Shown here piece after piece: positions 19,671 through 30,101 of a stretch of DNA of 64,000 bases. The stretch lies in assembly GCA_030037215.1 (NCBI GenBank), contig JASHRS010000185.1, positions 3,947-67,946 on the forward strand. Reading direction: 5' to 3'. The notes below the pieces were generated by a model, which was not told the origin of the DNA, did not search any database, and saw nothing but the letters and a program-made list of their open reading frames with translations. Every line of letters begins with the position of its first letter. Positions within the stretch are counted from its first letter, which is position 1. Both the position numbers and the translations under genes were made by a program. The DNA comes from Silvibacterium sp. GTDB taxonomy: Bacteria; Acidobacteriota; Terriglobia; Terriglobales; Acidobacteriaceae.

Positions 19671-20474
19671 TTAGATGCGTGCTGACCCATCGAGGATACG
19701 GTTCGCCAGTGTACCGATACCCTGAATCGAAACCTCGACGTGATCACCGGTCTGCATCGGAGCCACGCCCGCCGGGGTTCCGGTCGGAATCACATCCCCT
19801 GGGAGAAGTGTCATCGCAGCCGTGATGTATCGCAGCAGCGCATCTATCGGAAAAATCAGATCGCGGGTGTTACCGTGCTGTTTTACTTCGCCGTTCAGCC
19901 GTGTCTCCACCACAATTCCCGCCCATGGATCGATCTCATCTGTCACCAGCGGACCCATCGGGCAAAATGTGTCGAATCCTTTGGCCCGCGACCACTGGCC
20001 ATCTGATTTTTGAAGATCGCGCGCCGTCACATCGTTCACAATTGTGTAGCCGCGAATATAAGGCGTCACCTCTTCGTCGGAACCAATATGCGTCGCCATT
20101 CTTCCGATTACTACCGCCAGTTCGCCCTCAAAGTCCACACGCTGCGACTGCAGAGGGATATGAATCTCGTCTCCTGGCCCAATCACCGACGACGGCGCTT
20201 TCAAAAACAGCAGCGGCTCCTTCGGAACTTCATTGCCAAGCTCTGCGGCGTGGTCGCGATAATTGCGTCCGATGCATACGATCTTGCGCGGGGCAACAGG
20301 AGCGAGCACATGTACCTTGCTAAGCGGCAGAGGTTTAAACGGCCTTGCAGAGAACTTTGTCCATGGATCTTCTTCGAACGGCGGGAGCAGACGCTCAATC
20401 CACAATATCCCGCCGCGATCCACCACTTCTCCATACTGCGGACCGGCCTCGGTCTGAAAACTGCAATATTTCAC
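19671..20474 (-). CDS. Fumarylacetoacetate hydrolase family protein
   Basis: IGRNYRDH, FEGELAVVIG, NDVTARD, KGFDTFCP, TGTPAGV. Confidence 0.92.
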   Translation of the reverse strand: MKYCSFQTEAGPQYGEVVDRGGILWIERLLPPFEEDPWTKFSARPFKPLPLSKVHVLAPVAPRKIVCIGRNYRDHAAELGNEVPKEPLLFLKAPSSVIGPGDEIHIPLQSQRVDFEGELAVVIGRMATHIGSDEEVTPYIRGYTIVNDVTARDLQKSDGQWSRAKGFDTFCPMGPLVTDEIDPWAGIVVETRLNGEVKQHGNTRDLIFPIDALLRYITAAMTLLPGDVIPTGTPAGVAPMQTGDHVEVSIQGIGTLANRILDGSARI

Positions 20475-20487
20475 CTTGAAAACTCCC

Positions 20488-21549
20488 TTAGCGCGTAGGC
20501 AGCGTTTCCTCTACTTCTTCCGAGTGCTGACTTTCGTTCCCATCATGGTCCACGGCACTTATGGAGTATCGATAGCTGTGCCCTGGACTTACGCCTGTGT
20601 CCCGAAACGAAGGCATAAGCTGCACTGAAGACGAAATCCGCACCGGTGTTGTGTTTGAGCCGGCCTCCCGGCGATAGACCACATATCCCGCAAGATCATT
20701 CTCTGTATTTGGCTGCCATGAAAGATCGATGGTTCCCGCTTCAGGATCGGCAATAGCTTGCAATCCATTCGGAACGGCAGGCGGAAACACGTCGCGCGCG
20801 TTAATGGGTATGGCTGAGCTGGGAGGGCCGTCCACCTCAATGGATTGCCCATGCATTGTTAGCTTCGCAATCCGCTGCACCGTGTAGGTATAGGTGTGAT
20901 CGAGCGCAGCGTCATGGTCCAACACTAGCCCCTCATCTTTGCCCGAATATTCCAGCGTCTGCTCCAGCGGAGGCTGCGCGGGATCTTGCGGCTTCTTCGA
21001 ACCTGCCGTCTCAACCAGTTTGCGGTCGATCCGAACCGTTTCCTCGCCGCCCTCCGATGCCCAGGTGAGCGCAACTCCATCGGGTCGGGTCTGCGCCTGC
21101 AGATTTTCGATTTGGGGAGGCGCGGCGCCAGCTGCAGTCACAGCTGTATTCGACGGTCCGGCATTTCGGCCCGCTTTGTTTTCGAGAACCACTTTATAAG
21201 TCAGCAGGCGTGGCGGGCCTGAACATAACGCTGTCGGCAAATGGTCCGTGTAAGCAGCAGCTGCCTGTGGCACGAACGATATGGTGCCTGCAATCGCACA
21301 CGCACCTGAATCTACGCCGCGGCAGACCTGAACTCTTTGATCGCCGGTCAGAAGAACCTTATCCGTATCGCGCTTCGGCATAGTCCAGTGCAACTCGACG
21401 TCGTTGCCGGTGCGTTGCACCGTTAAATCCGTCACCGGCTCAGGCAATTTCAGGCTGGGAGGCTGAGGAGCCGCAGCCAGCCCGCATCCGGCCATTATTA
21501 GGAGCGGCAGGCCAAAACCTGCTGCCGCCAGGCGCATTGTCCCATTCAT
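20488..21549 (-). CDS. Fibronectin type III domain lipoprotein
   Basis: Lipobox IMAGC; FnIII motifs LSWQPN...GYVVYR...YRYSISAVD. Confidence 0.8.
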   Translation of the reverse strand: MNGTMRLAAAGFGLPLLIMAGCGLAAAPQPPSLKLPEPVTDLTVQRTGNDVELHWTMPKRDTDKVLLTGDQRVQVCRGVDSGACAIAGTISFVPQAAAAYTDHLPTALCSGPPRLLTYKVVLENKAGRNAGPSNTAVTAAGAAPPQIENLQAQTRPDGVALTWASEGGEETVRIDRKLVETAGSKKPQDPAQPPLEQTLEYSGKDEGLVLDHDAALDHTYTYTVQRIAKLTMHGQSIEVDGPPSSAIPINARDVFPPAVPNGLQAIADPEAGTIDLSWQPNTENDLAGYVVYRREAGSNTTPVRISSSVQLMPSFRDTGVSPGHSYRYSISAVDHDGNESQHSEEVEETLPTR

Positions 21550-21572
21550 TTCAAAACTAGCCTAGCAGAGGC

Positions 21573-22487
21573 TCAAAGAATCGTTCGCAGGGCCGCGCTC
21601 AACTCTGGAAAATCGAAGTGAAATCCGGAAGCTGCCAACCGTTCAGGAACTACTCGTGTTGAAGCCAGCAGAGCGCCCTGGGCGATCTCTCCCAACACAG
21701 CCCGCAAAGCAATAGCGGGCGTCGGTAAAGCCGCAGGACGCCGCAATGCGTGGGCAAAGACCACGGCGAACTCCCGGTTCCGGACGGGAATGGGAGCAAC
21801 CAAATTCACCGGACCTCGCAGGGAATCAGTCACAAGAATGTGCAGCACAGCGCGAACCAGGTCGTGCATCGCAATCCAGCTCATCCATTGGCGGCCGTTT
21901 CCCAACCTCCCTCCCAATCCGGCGCGAAAAACCGGAAGCATTTGCTTTAGCGCGCCGCCTTCCCTCGAAAGCACAATCCCAAAGCGAAGATGGACCACCC
22001 GTATGCTGGCCTCAAGAGCGCGATCTGCCTCTGATTCCCATAAGCGGCACGTATCGGCCAAAAAACCCTGCCCCGGCAGCGAGGATTCGTTCAGAATCTC
22101 GTCCCCGCGATGCCCATAAATCCCGATCGCCGAAGCGCACAACAGCGTCTCCGGTGGCTTTCTCAGTTTTTTCAAAAGATTCACGAGCGCACGCGTTGTC
22201 CCGACCCTGCTTTCGACGATCTCCTTCTTGTATGCGGGCGTCCAGCGGTGTGCGGACAGGTTGGCACCGGAAAGATGAACCACGGCGCTCACACCCTTGA
22301 GCAGCGACAAATCGGCTATGGGCTCTGCCGACGTCGGATCCCAGGAAATCTCATCTGTGCCATGCGACCAACTCCTGACGAGCCGCGCAGTTTTCACCCT
22401 TGTTTCGGTAAATGCACGTAATAAAGAGGTTCCTATCAGCCCCGAACTGCCGCTCATCAGAATCGTCTTTCCGGATAGCTCCGTCAT
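21573..22487 (-). CDS. TIGR01777-family NAD-dependent epimerase/oxidoreductase
   Basis: GSSGLIG, HLSGAN, ASAIGIYG, GNGRQWMSWI; ATG 22487 after GGAAGG. Confidence 0.9.
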   Translation of the reverse strand: MTELSGKTILMSGSSGLIGTSLLRAFTETRVKTARLVRSWSHGTDEISWDPTSAEPIADLSLLKGVSAVVHLSGANLSAHRWTPAYKKEIVESRVGTTRALVNLLKKLRKPPETLLCASAIGIYGHRGDEILNESSLPGQGFLADTCRLWESEADRALEASIRVVHLRFGIVLSREGGALKQMLPVFRAGLGGRLGNGRQWMSWIAMHDLVRAVLHILVTDSLRGPVNLVAPIPVRNREFAVVFAHALRRPAALPTPAIALRAVLGEIAQGALLASTRVVPERLAASGFHFDFPELSAALRTIL

Positions 22488-22533
22488 CAGACCCTTCCTG
22501 GCTCTTGCCACAGCAAACGATGCTGGCAGATCA

Positions 22534-22592
22534 TTTCATTAACTGAAAATATATTGTTACGTTAGAAACATCTGTTTGGAAGCCGGCATCCT
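22534..22592 (+). promoter_or_regulatory. Inverted repeat operator plus ECF-like promoter upstream of XRE-cupin gene
   Basis: TTTCA-N5-TGAAA at 22534-22548; GAAAC-N17-CATCCT at 22565-22592. Confidence 0.4.
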
Positions 22593-22630
22593 AAGGAAAT
22601 CAGAGATGTAGAGAGATGTGAGGTCAGCAA

Positions 22631-23476
22631 GTGGCTACGACGAAAGCATCGGCAAAACGAAATCACATCCCCAAAAAGACGAATTCCACCTCAAAGCAAA
22701 CTCCCGTTGAGCAGGTCGATCTTGCGACTGCTGAAGCTTTTATCGCCGAGCGGCACATCGGTGAACGCATCAAGCGACTTCGTCTAAAAAAATCGATGGG
22801 CCTGGTGGAACTCGGAAAACATACCGGGCTTTCTGCAAGTTTTCTTTCGCAGCTTGAAACCGGGCGCGTCGTGCCTACCCTTCGCAATCTTGCCCGAATC
22901 GCCATGGTCTTCAACAAAGACCTCTCATATTTTTTCGAACCGGAGGCTCACACGCTCTTTCGCGTGCATAAGAGGAGCGAGCGCGTGCGCATGCCTCAGA
23001 CCGGCGTCGATAACCCCAGCTACTACTTCGAGAGCCTGGCCTATATGGTTCCCGACCGCCACTTAGACCCCTACTATGCCGAGTTTGTGCCGATGAAGGG
23101 TGTTGCCGACGTGCGCCCGCATGTGCACCCGGGCTATGAATTTCTATTCATGCTCGAAGGCAATCTGGAGATCAAGCATAGCGACAAATTGTATGTGGTG
23201 GAGAGCGGAGATGCTGTTTATTTCGACGCCAGCACGCCGCACTCCTATCGCTGCGCGGGGAAGGACCGGGCATTGGCATTGATTGTGACCATGCATCAGG
23301 TTCCCATTGCCCAGCCAGCGTTGAATCTCCGTCCACTGGGCGCGCCTTTGGGCACACGTTCGGCGCAAACCAGCAGGCATGCTTTGCAGCAGGTTGCCGA
23401 TCATCAGGCCATCCTCGGCTCGACTGCCAGTTCTACTGACCCGCAATGCGAAGCGGCAAGCCCCAGAAAAGCTTAA
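22631..23476 (+). CDS. XRE-family HTH + cupin transcriptional regulator
   Basis: IGERIKRLR...LSASFLSQLETG; cupin HPGYE...GDAVYFDASTPHSY. Confidence 0.9.
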   Translation: MATTKASAKRNHIPKKTNSTSKQTPVEQVDLATAEAFIAERHIGERIKRLRLKKSMGLVELGKHTGLSASFLSQLETGRVVPTLRNLARIAMVFNKDLSYFFEPEAHTLFRVHKRSERVRMPQTGVDNPSYYFESLAYMVPDRHLDPYYAEFVPMKGVADVRPHVHPGYEFLFMLEGNLEIKHSDKLYVVESGDAVYFDASTPHSYRCAGKDRALALIVTMHQVPIAQPALNLRPLGAPLGTRSAQTSRHALQQVADHQAILGSTASSTDPQCEAASPRKA

Positions 23477-24012
23477 AATCCGGCGTCCGGAAGAAAGAGC
23501 CTTCCAACCTGCTGCCAGTTATCGACGCGGCGGTATTCACAGATGTGGAGGTTGTGCGGGGCCGTAAAAAGAATGCCTTCGCCCGCGAAGCGGCGGAAGT
23601 GCAGCGGCTGATCGTCAATCAGGTAATCGCCGCTTAGAATTCCCTTGTCGCCGCAGAAGATGAACTGTGACGGGTGCAGCCACGGGAAATGGCGCCGCAG
23701 CCAGCGGTATTTCGGCCCAAAAGAGTTTGGAAACTCCATGGCCGCTGTGGCGATATATACCTCGTACTTTTTCGCCATTTCGCGAACCACGCGCTGGCTG
23801 TCTTCGATAACGGGCAAATCCTCGAAGAAATCTTCCGAACGCAAGTAGCCGTCCAGCCGTTCCTGGCGGTCTGCGGAGACAATCTCCCACAGCCACTTTC
23901 CTTCAAGATCGGCCTTGGTGATGGCCTCACCGTGTTCGCGGTTGTAGCGGGCAATATGCTCGGCCAGAGTATCGGCCAGCACTTCGTCCATATCGATGTA
24001 AACGCGCTTCAT
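23473..24012 (-). CDS. 5'(3')-deoxyribonucleotidase (NT5C, HAD)
   Basis: IDMDEVLAD, KYRWLRRHFP, DYLIDD. Confidence 0.88.
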   Translation of the reverse strand: MKRVYIDMDEVLADTLAEHIARYNREHGEAITKADLEGKWLWEIVSADRQERLDGYLRSEDFFEDLPVIEDSQRVVREMAKKYEVYIATAAMEFPNSFGPKYRWLRRHFPWLHPSQFIFCGDKGILSGDYLIDDQPLHFRRFAGEGILFTAPHNLHICEYRRVDNWQQVGRLFLPDAGF

Positions 24013-24776
24013 GCTTCGGCTGGGGCCCTGTTCCTGTGGGTCGCGGGAAGGTCTTCCGGATCAGGCGGTGTCTCATTGTCGAAATAAAGAAGGCGGCCGC
24101 AGCTTTCGCACGGCAGCAGATCACCGCTTCTCACCTGGTTCCATAGCTGCGGACGAAGCGCCATCTGGCAGCCCAGACAGCGCTGGCCTTCCACGCGGGC
24201 GAGCGCCGTGCCCCGCGAGCCGGCAATGCGGTCATAGCGGGTAAGAATGGACTCTGAGACCTGGGCACGCAGGCGCGTACGGTCTTCATTCAGCGCCGTC
24301 AGCCGTTTCTGCTGCTCCTCCGACGCTCTGCGCACAGACTCTTTTTCGATCTCGACGACTTTGGAGTTGTCTGACAACTCCTGCTGCGCGGTGCGAAGCC
24401 GGTTTTCCAACTGCTCTGACCGCTCCATGCCCTCGAGCTCGCGGTCTTCAATCCTGCGAATCTCCGCCTCTGCGTAACTGATCTCGTGCTGAAGCGCATG
24501 ATACTGTTCGTTGGTTTTTACACTGCTTGACTGTTCGCGAAATTTCACGATCTTCTGCTGAATATCTTTGAGATCGCTCTCAAGCCGGCGGCGCTTGGTT
24601 TCTTCTTCCTTAATCGCTTTGCTGGCTTCGTCCACGCCAGCCTTCTGCCCGGCCAGCTTCTCTTCGAGCGCAGCAAGTTTCTTCGGTAGCGTGCCGATCT
24701 CCTGGCGCAGCCGGTTTATGTTCTGGTCTGTTTCCTGAAGTTGAACGAGCGCGAGTAGTTCGTCATTCATAGTCAC
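24009..24776 (-). CDS. Coiled-coil protein with C4 zinc ribbon (DUF164-like)
   Basis: Long coiled coil, CLGC...CESCGRLL. Confidence 0.88.
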   Translation of the reverse strand: MTMNDELLALVQLQETDQNINRLRQEIGTLPKKLAALEEKLAGQKAGVDEASKAIKEEETKRRRLESDLKDIQQKIVKFREQSSSVKTNEQYHALQHEISYAEAEIRRIEDRELEGMERSEQLENRLRTAQQELSDNSKVVEIEKESVRRASEEQQKRLTALNEDRTRLRAQVSESILTRYDRIAGSRGTALARVEGQRCLGCQMALRPQLWNQVRSGDLLPCESCGRLLYFDNETPPDPEDLPATHRNRAPAEA

Positions 24777-24846
24777 GGCTTGAGTTCCAGTTTATATGGT
24801 TTGAGGCAGCATCAGAAAGCGGGGTCGAGGCCCGTACACACGCTGT

Positions 24847-27210
24847 ATGAAATACAGGCAGGAAGAAAACGCCGGGAAACGACTACACGGCGTTAGAATG
24901 CTATTTCGCTCGAATCCGCGATTTCTTGTGCCGGAAATGCGGCAGACGGTGAAATACCCTCCCATTCGGAGATGCTCCTTGCGTCCATTCCGCGCTTTGA
25001 TTACCTGCCTTTCTGTCCTCGCCGTGCTCCCTCTTGCCTATCCGCAAACCGCCGAGCCAACCCATCCGTGGACGGTAAAAGAAATCTTCGGCGGCGGCGA
25101 TCTTACCGGCTTTCCTCCGGGAGGCATGAGCTGGTCGCCCGATGGGAAACGCGTAACTTGGCTCGACAACGACGGCAACGTCATGCAGATTGAAGTTGCG
25201 GACGGCAAGCTGAAGAAACTCATCGACCACTCAAAGATCGCCTCGTTGCTCGACGCCAATATCAGCGAGCAGGACCGCGATCACCGCAATCGCTATGACG
25301 AGCCGGACTACACATGGTCGCCAGACTCAGACCATTTGCTGTTTGACACCAACGGTCAGCTCTGGCTCTACGACCTCAAAACCAGCACCGGTGTTGAAGT
25401 CGGCGACACGCACATGCAGAGCGGCGACGATCCAAAGTTCTCACCTGACGGCAATTCCATTTCCTATGTACGCGACCGGAATCTTTTCGTGCAGCCGGTC
25501 CGTGGAACGGAACGCCCGGTGGCACTCACCACAACCCACGATGCTGCCGTCTTGAACGGCCAGATCGATTGGGTCTATCTGGAAGAGCTGGATGTGCGCA
25601 GCAACTACTTCTGGTCGCCGGATTCGAAAAAGATCGCATACCTGCAAATGAATGAGTCGCATGTCCCGCTTTATCCCATCACAGACTGGCTGCCTGTTCA
25701 TGCGACGGTAGACGAACAGCGGTATCCGCAGCCGGGCGACCCGAATCCCACCGTCCGCGTCGGAGTGGTGAGCACAAAGGGCGGCGAGACACACTGGCTG
25801 GCTATTCCCCTTGACTCCGGTAATGACTACATCCCGCGCTTCGGCTGGGTCAATGACCGCGTAGTGTGGGTAGAGACGCTGTCGCGCGATCACAAACACC
25901 TGAACATCTATTTTGCGGACACGAATAGTGGCGAGGTTCGGCTTGCCCTGGCGCAGACTGAGCCGAAGTACTTCACCATGACCTACGATGTGAACTTCGT
26001 CGGCGATCATCAGTTTCTCATCCAGAGCTGGCGCGACGGCTTCACGCACATCTATCGCTACACCTTCGACGCCCGCAATCCGCTCGCCGGCGATGCCCAG
26101 CTCGCGAATGAGCTGGAAAGTGGCCCTTATGAAGCTTCGAAGATCGAAACGGTCGATGAGGCCACCGGCACGGTCTATTACATCTCCAGTGAAGGCGATC
26201 CACATGAAGAGCAGGTATGGGCGGTGCAACTTGACGGCACTAACAAACGCCGCATCACGAAAACTCCCGGTGTTCACGATGCCGACTTCCCACCTAAGGG
26301 CGGCTCGTTTATCGACACATCCTCCAGCATGATGTCGCCACCGACCGTGAGCTATTGCACGTCGCAGGGGGACTGCACGCCGTTCTGGAAGTCTCACCCG
26401 ATTGCAGGGCACACGCTCGTCGCTCCTGAACTGCTGACACTGATGGCGGCAGACGGCAAGACCACGCTCTACGGCACGCTCCAGCTACCGGTTGGCATGA
26501 CCGTACCGGACAGTGTGCCGCTGATAGTGAACCCGTATGGCGGACCCGGCGTGGGCGCAGCAAAGAATGAATGGGGACGAAGAGGATATCTGTTCGACCT
26601 CCTCCTTGCAGAGCACGGATTTGCTGTCCTCCATGTCGACAACCGCGGGATGGCCGGGCGCGGGCGCGACTTCGAGCAGGCTGCCTACCATAACTTCGGT
26701 CCGCCGCAGTTTGCCGACCAGCTTGCCGCGATTGATCAGGTACTGGCAAAGTATCCGCAGCTTGACCCTCACCGCATGGGCTGGTGGGGTTGGAGCTGGG
26801 GTGGAACGTTCACGCTATATGCGCTTACGCACACCGACCGCTTTCTCCTTGGGGCTTCCGGCGCGCCCGTCACCGACTGGCACAACTACGACTCCATCTA
26901 CACGGAGCGTTACCTCGGACTACCGCAGGACAACCCCGATGTGTACAAAGACGACTCCGTAGTAAACAGTGCGCAGAACCTGCACGGGCATTTGATCCTT
27001 TTCCACGGAACAGGAGACGACAACGTTCACTTCGCCAACACCGTGCAGTTCATCCAAAAGCTGCTCGATGCCGGAATTCCTTACGACTACAACATCTTTC
27101 CGCGCAAGACCCACTCAGTTGCTGGACCCATAGCCCAGATGGAGTTGCACAACCGGCTGCTGTGGGAGTTTGAGACGTACGTAAAAGACGCACATCCCGA
27201 GGCACGCTGA
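24847..27210 (+). CDS. S9B dipeptidyl peptidase IV family
   Basis: DWVYLEE, GWSWGG nucleophile, DDNVH, His in KTHS; true start may be downstream (e.g. 24937). Confidence 0.92.
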   Translation: MKYRQEENAGKRLHGVRMLFRSNPRFLVPEMRQTVKYPPIRRCSLRPFRALITCLSVLAVLPLAYPQTAEPTHPWTVKEIFGGGDLTGFPPGGMSWSPDGKRVTWLDNDGNVMQIEVADGKLKKLIDHSKIASLLDANISEQDRDHRNRYDEPDYTWSPDSDHLLFDTNGQLWLYDLKTSTGVEVGDTHMQSGDDPKFSPDGNSISYVRDRNLFVQPVRGTERPVALTTTHDAAVLNGQIDWVYLEELDVRSNYFWSPDSKKIAYLQMNESHVPLYPITDWLPVHATVDEQRYPQPGDPNPTVRVGVVSTKGGETHWLAIPLDSGNDYIPRFGWVNDRVVWVETLSRDHKHLNIYFADTNSGEVRLALAQTEPKYFTMTYDVNFVGDHQFLIQSWRDGFTHIYRYTFDARNPLAGDAQLANELESGPYEASKIETVDEATGTVYYISSEGDPHEEQVWAVQLDGTNKRRITKTPGVHDADFPPKGGSFIDTSSSMMSPPTVSYCTSQGDCTPFWKSHPIAGHTLVAPELLTLMAADGKTTLYGTLQLPVGMTVPDSVPLIVNPYGGPGVGAAKNEWGRRGYLFDLLLAEHGFAVLHVDNRGMAGRGRDFEQAAYHNFGPPQFADQLAAIDQVLAKYPQLDPHRMGWWGWSWGGTFTLYALTHTDRFLLGASGAPVTDWHNYDSIYTERYLGLPQDNPDVYKDDSVVNSAQNLHGHLILFHGTGDDNVHFANTVQFIQKLLDAGIPYDYNIFPRKTHSVAGPIAQMELHNRLLWEFETYVKDAHPEAR

Positions 27211-28094
27211 TGCACCCTGCCGAGCGCCCGGACACATCCAACCCCGTCCGGGCGCGCACGACGTTAGGCGAGTTTGAGCTGACCATCCTGAGCGATGGGA
27301 CGTATTTTCTTGACGGCGGAGCCATGTTCGGTGTCGTTCCCAAGCCGCTCTGGGAAAAGCGTGCACCAGCCGATGAGGAGAACCGCATCTTGCTGGGACT
27401 GAATACTGTCATCGTCCGCACAGGCAAGCATACGGTCGCCATAGAAACCGGAATCGGCAACAAACTCAGCGACAAGTTGCGTTCCATCTATGAGAACAAG
27501 GAGCAACTGCCACATGCCTTCAAAGCCGCTGGCATTCGCCCCGAAGAGGTCGACATCGTCATCAACTCCCACCTGCATTTCGATCACTGCGGATGGAACA
27601 CCACGCTTACGCCTGATGGCCTCGTTGTGCCGACGTTTCCCAACGCGCGCTATTTTGCGCATCGCGGCGAGATCGAGCACGGGCACCTGCAACTGGAGCG
27701 CGATGCCATCAGCTACAACAGCGCAAATTACGACCCCTTGGTCGAGAGCGGGCAGATGACTCTGCTCGACACACAGCCCGGCGAGGTAGCGGAAATTGTT
27801 CCCGGCATCTCGGTCGAGTGCTATCCCGGTCACACCGCCCAGTTGCTCGCAGTGAATATTGATTCCGCCGGGCAGCGTGCATGCTACATCTCCGACCTGA
27901 TTCCGACGAGCGCCCACCTCGACATTACCTGGGTTATGGGCTACGACCTTTATCCGCTGACCTGCATCGAGCAGCGGAAGCGGTTCTACTCGCGTGCGAT
28001 CCCACAGCAGTGGCTGGTGCTTTTTACCCATGACCACCACACTCCGATGGGCCGCGTTCAGTGGAGCGCGAAGGGCAAGCCGGTGCTTCTCTGA
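27210..28094 (+). CDS. MBL-fold metallo-hydrolase
   Basis: DGGAMFGVVPK, HLHFDH, PGHT, FTHD. Confidence 0.9.
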   Translation: MHPAERPDTSNPVRARTTLGEFELTILSDGTYFLDGGAMFGVVPKPLWEKRAPADEENRILLGLNTVIVRTGKHTVAIETGIGNKLSDKLRSIYENKEQLPHAFKAAGIRPEEVDIVINSHLHFDHCGWNTTLTPDGLVVPTFPNARYFAHRGEIEHGHLQLERDAISYNSANYDPLVESGQMTLLDTQPGEVAEIVPGISVECYPGHTAQLLAVNIDSAGQRACYISDLIPTSAHLDITWVMGYDLYPLTCIEQRKRFYSRAIPQQWLVLFTHDHHTPMGRVQWSAKGKPVLL

Positions 28095-28117
28095 AATTCG
28101 CCCGGAGTGTACTTCTT

Positions 28118-29713
28118 CTATTTCTTCTTACCAGGCTTGCTAACGCTCGCCTTATTTGCGCTCGTCGTATTTGTACTCGTCGAGCCGGTCAGCGCCTTCG
28201 CAACCGCAGTCCCGATCGGCGAACCAAGCCCGGTGCATGCATCCCACCCCGGACCGGCGGAAAATGCGCCGTTGTTACCGGAGGTGATGTCGTGGAATGC
28301 GCCTGGATTGGCATAGAGCGTAGGGTTGACGAAGCCGACGGAACTGCCGTGCTGCTGATTAATGAGGGCGATGAGTCCCGCCCATAGCGGAGCCACCGCA
28401 CTTGTTCCGCCAACAACCTGCTTCTGGCCGTCGACCAGGATGTTGTAGCCGGTCTCCGGCGATGCGTCCCCGGCTACATCCGGTACGCCGCGGCCGCCAT
28501 TTGCGCTGCTTGGAGCCGGGACCCCAACGCCATTCTGCCAGCTTGGCAACGGGAAATCGACGCTTACGCCGCCTCCGGTTGCGCCGCCATCCTTACCGTC
28601 GTTCCAGACGACTTCGCTGGTGATTTTGGTTCCGCTGCCTTCGAGCTTCGTTCCGCCGCAGGCGAGCACATGCGGACTCGATGCGGGAAAGTCGACATTA
28701 TTGCCACTGGCTCCGTCACTCGACCCGTCATCGCCGGCCGCAACCGTGATGGTGACACCGAGCGCACCTGCTGACTGGCAGGCATTGTCTAGCGCGGTCA
28801 GCGAGGACTGTGCCCAGCTGGATTCCGGCCCGCCCCAACTGATGGAAATGACGGTGGGATTGTTGGCGGTGTCATGTACGGCAGTGGTGATGGCGTCGAT
28901 AAATCCCTGGTCGGTGTTAGGAGTGAAATAGACGGCGATCTTTGCTCCTGGCGCGACCGCTCCAGCCACTTCAATGTCGAGCGCGACTTCGCCATCGGCG
29001 CTGCTCGGTTTGCTGGGCGAGTTTGATCCGCCGTCGACGGAAACTGCCACGACCTGCGGCGGGGTAAGCTTCAACCCCGCGAAATAATTGGTGATATCAG
29101 TGGCGCGGTAGCCGCCTCCCAGCTCGATAATGCCGATGGTCTGGCCCGCTCCTGTCACTCCTGTGGGGAAGCTGTAGAGCGCGGCAACCTGCGGCGGATT
29201 GTAGCTGGCTGCAGCGGCCTTCTGCTTTGCGCTCAGAAACCGGAGGTGGGGCTTTGCGATCGGCCTCGCATCGAGACCGAGCACCGCCTCCACCACTCCT
29301 GCATGCGCTTCAGGCAGCGAGATCGTGCCTGTAAAAGCGTGAAATTTCCCAGAGGGTCCCTGATAATCATGCAACTGGACACCGAATGCGGATTCAAGAT
29401 TCTGGACCGTGCCGCGGAAGACAATGGTGCGGCGGGCAAGGCTCGATGCGGATTCATCGACCGACAAGCCGTGTGTGTGTGCAAATTGCCGCAGCTGGTT
29501 GAAATCAGCAGGGTCGGCTGCATATTTCTGGTTGAACTCATCACGCGAGATTCTCGCGCCTTTCAGATCCTTGAGTGAAAGCGGCGATTTGCGCCGCACG
29601 GTTAGAGATACGCTGAGAACCTGGTCCTGCGGGGTCGGACCCAGGTCTTTTGCACCGCTAGGAGCCTTGCGCTCGCTGCGCGCTAAGACGACACGTTTTC
29701 CAGATGTTGGCAT
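28118..29713 (-). CDS. S53 sedolisin/kumamolisin-like peptidase
   Basis: Prodomain; EVALD, AAGDDG, GGTSAVAP, GWDACTGLG. Confidence 0.93.
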   Translation of the reverse strand: MPTSGKRVVLARSERKAPSGAKDLGPTPQDQVLSVSLTVRRKSPLSLKDLKGARISRDEFNQKYAADPADFNQLRQFAHTHGLSVDESASSLARRTIVFRGTVQNLESAFGVQLHDYQGPSGKFHAFTGTISLPEAHAGVVEAVLGLDARPIAKPHLRFLSAKQKAAAASYNPPQVAALYSFPTGVTGAGQTIGIIELGGGYRATDITNYFAGLKLTPPQVVAVSVDGGSNSPSKPSSADGEVALDIEVAGAVAPGAKIAVYFTPNTDQGFIDAITTAVHDTANNPTVISISWGGPESSWAQSSLTALDNACQSAGALGVTITVAAGDDGSSDGASGNNVDFPASSPHVLACGGTKLEGSGTKITSEVVWNDGKDGGATGGGVSVDFPLPSWQNGVGVPAPSSANGGRGVPDVAGDASPETGYNILVDGQKQVVGGTSAVAPLWAGLIALINQQHGSSVGFVNPTLYANPGAFHDITSGNNGAFSAGPGWDACTGLGSPIGTAVAKALTGSTSTNTTSANKASVSKPGKKK

Positions 29714-29756
29714 AGCTCACCTCATGATTGTCTTTTCCTGAGGGAGTGCCCGACAG

Positions 29757-30101
29757 TCAGGCGGGTTGCCTGTCTCCGCGACTGGGCGGCTGCGAAATTA
29801 CCAGGAAACGCACTTCCCTTACAGTCTGATTCAGAGCCTGATGCGGCTCGCCTGGGGAAATCTCTAATCCTTGTCCGGCAGTGAGCAAATGATGCACCCC
29901 CGCCACCTCCATCGTCAATTCGCCGCTGAGCACATAAAAGAACTGCCGCGACTGCGTGTGAAAGTGGCGCTGTTCTTGCGCGCCGGGCGGCATTCGTTCC
30001 TCGATAATACTGAGATTTTCCGAGCGAACGAGGTGCCAGCCGCCACAGACCTCGCCCCATGTATAGTGCTCCGCGTTTTCGCGGCTGATCGGCGCGCTCA
30101 C
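29757..30101 (-). CDS. Cupin domain protein
   Basis: EQRHFH...QFFYVLSG...PGEPH. Confidence 0.85.
   Translation of the reverse strand: MSAPISRENAEHYTWGEVCGGWHLVRSENLSIIEERMPPGAQEQRHFHTQSRQFFYVLSGELTMEVAGVHHLLTAGQGLEISPGEPHQALNQTVREVRFLVISQPPSRGDRQPA

Noticed and set aside
22540-22567. dif site (TTACGTTAGAA resembles the XerD arm)
   Set aside because: XerC arm does not match; better explained as regulator operators
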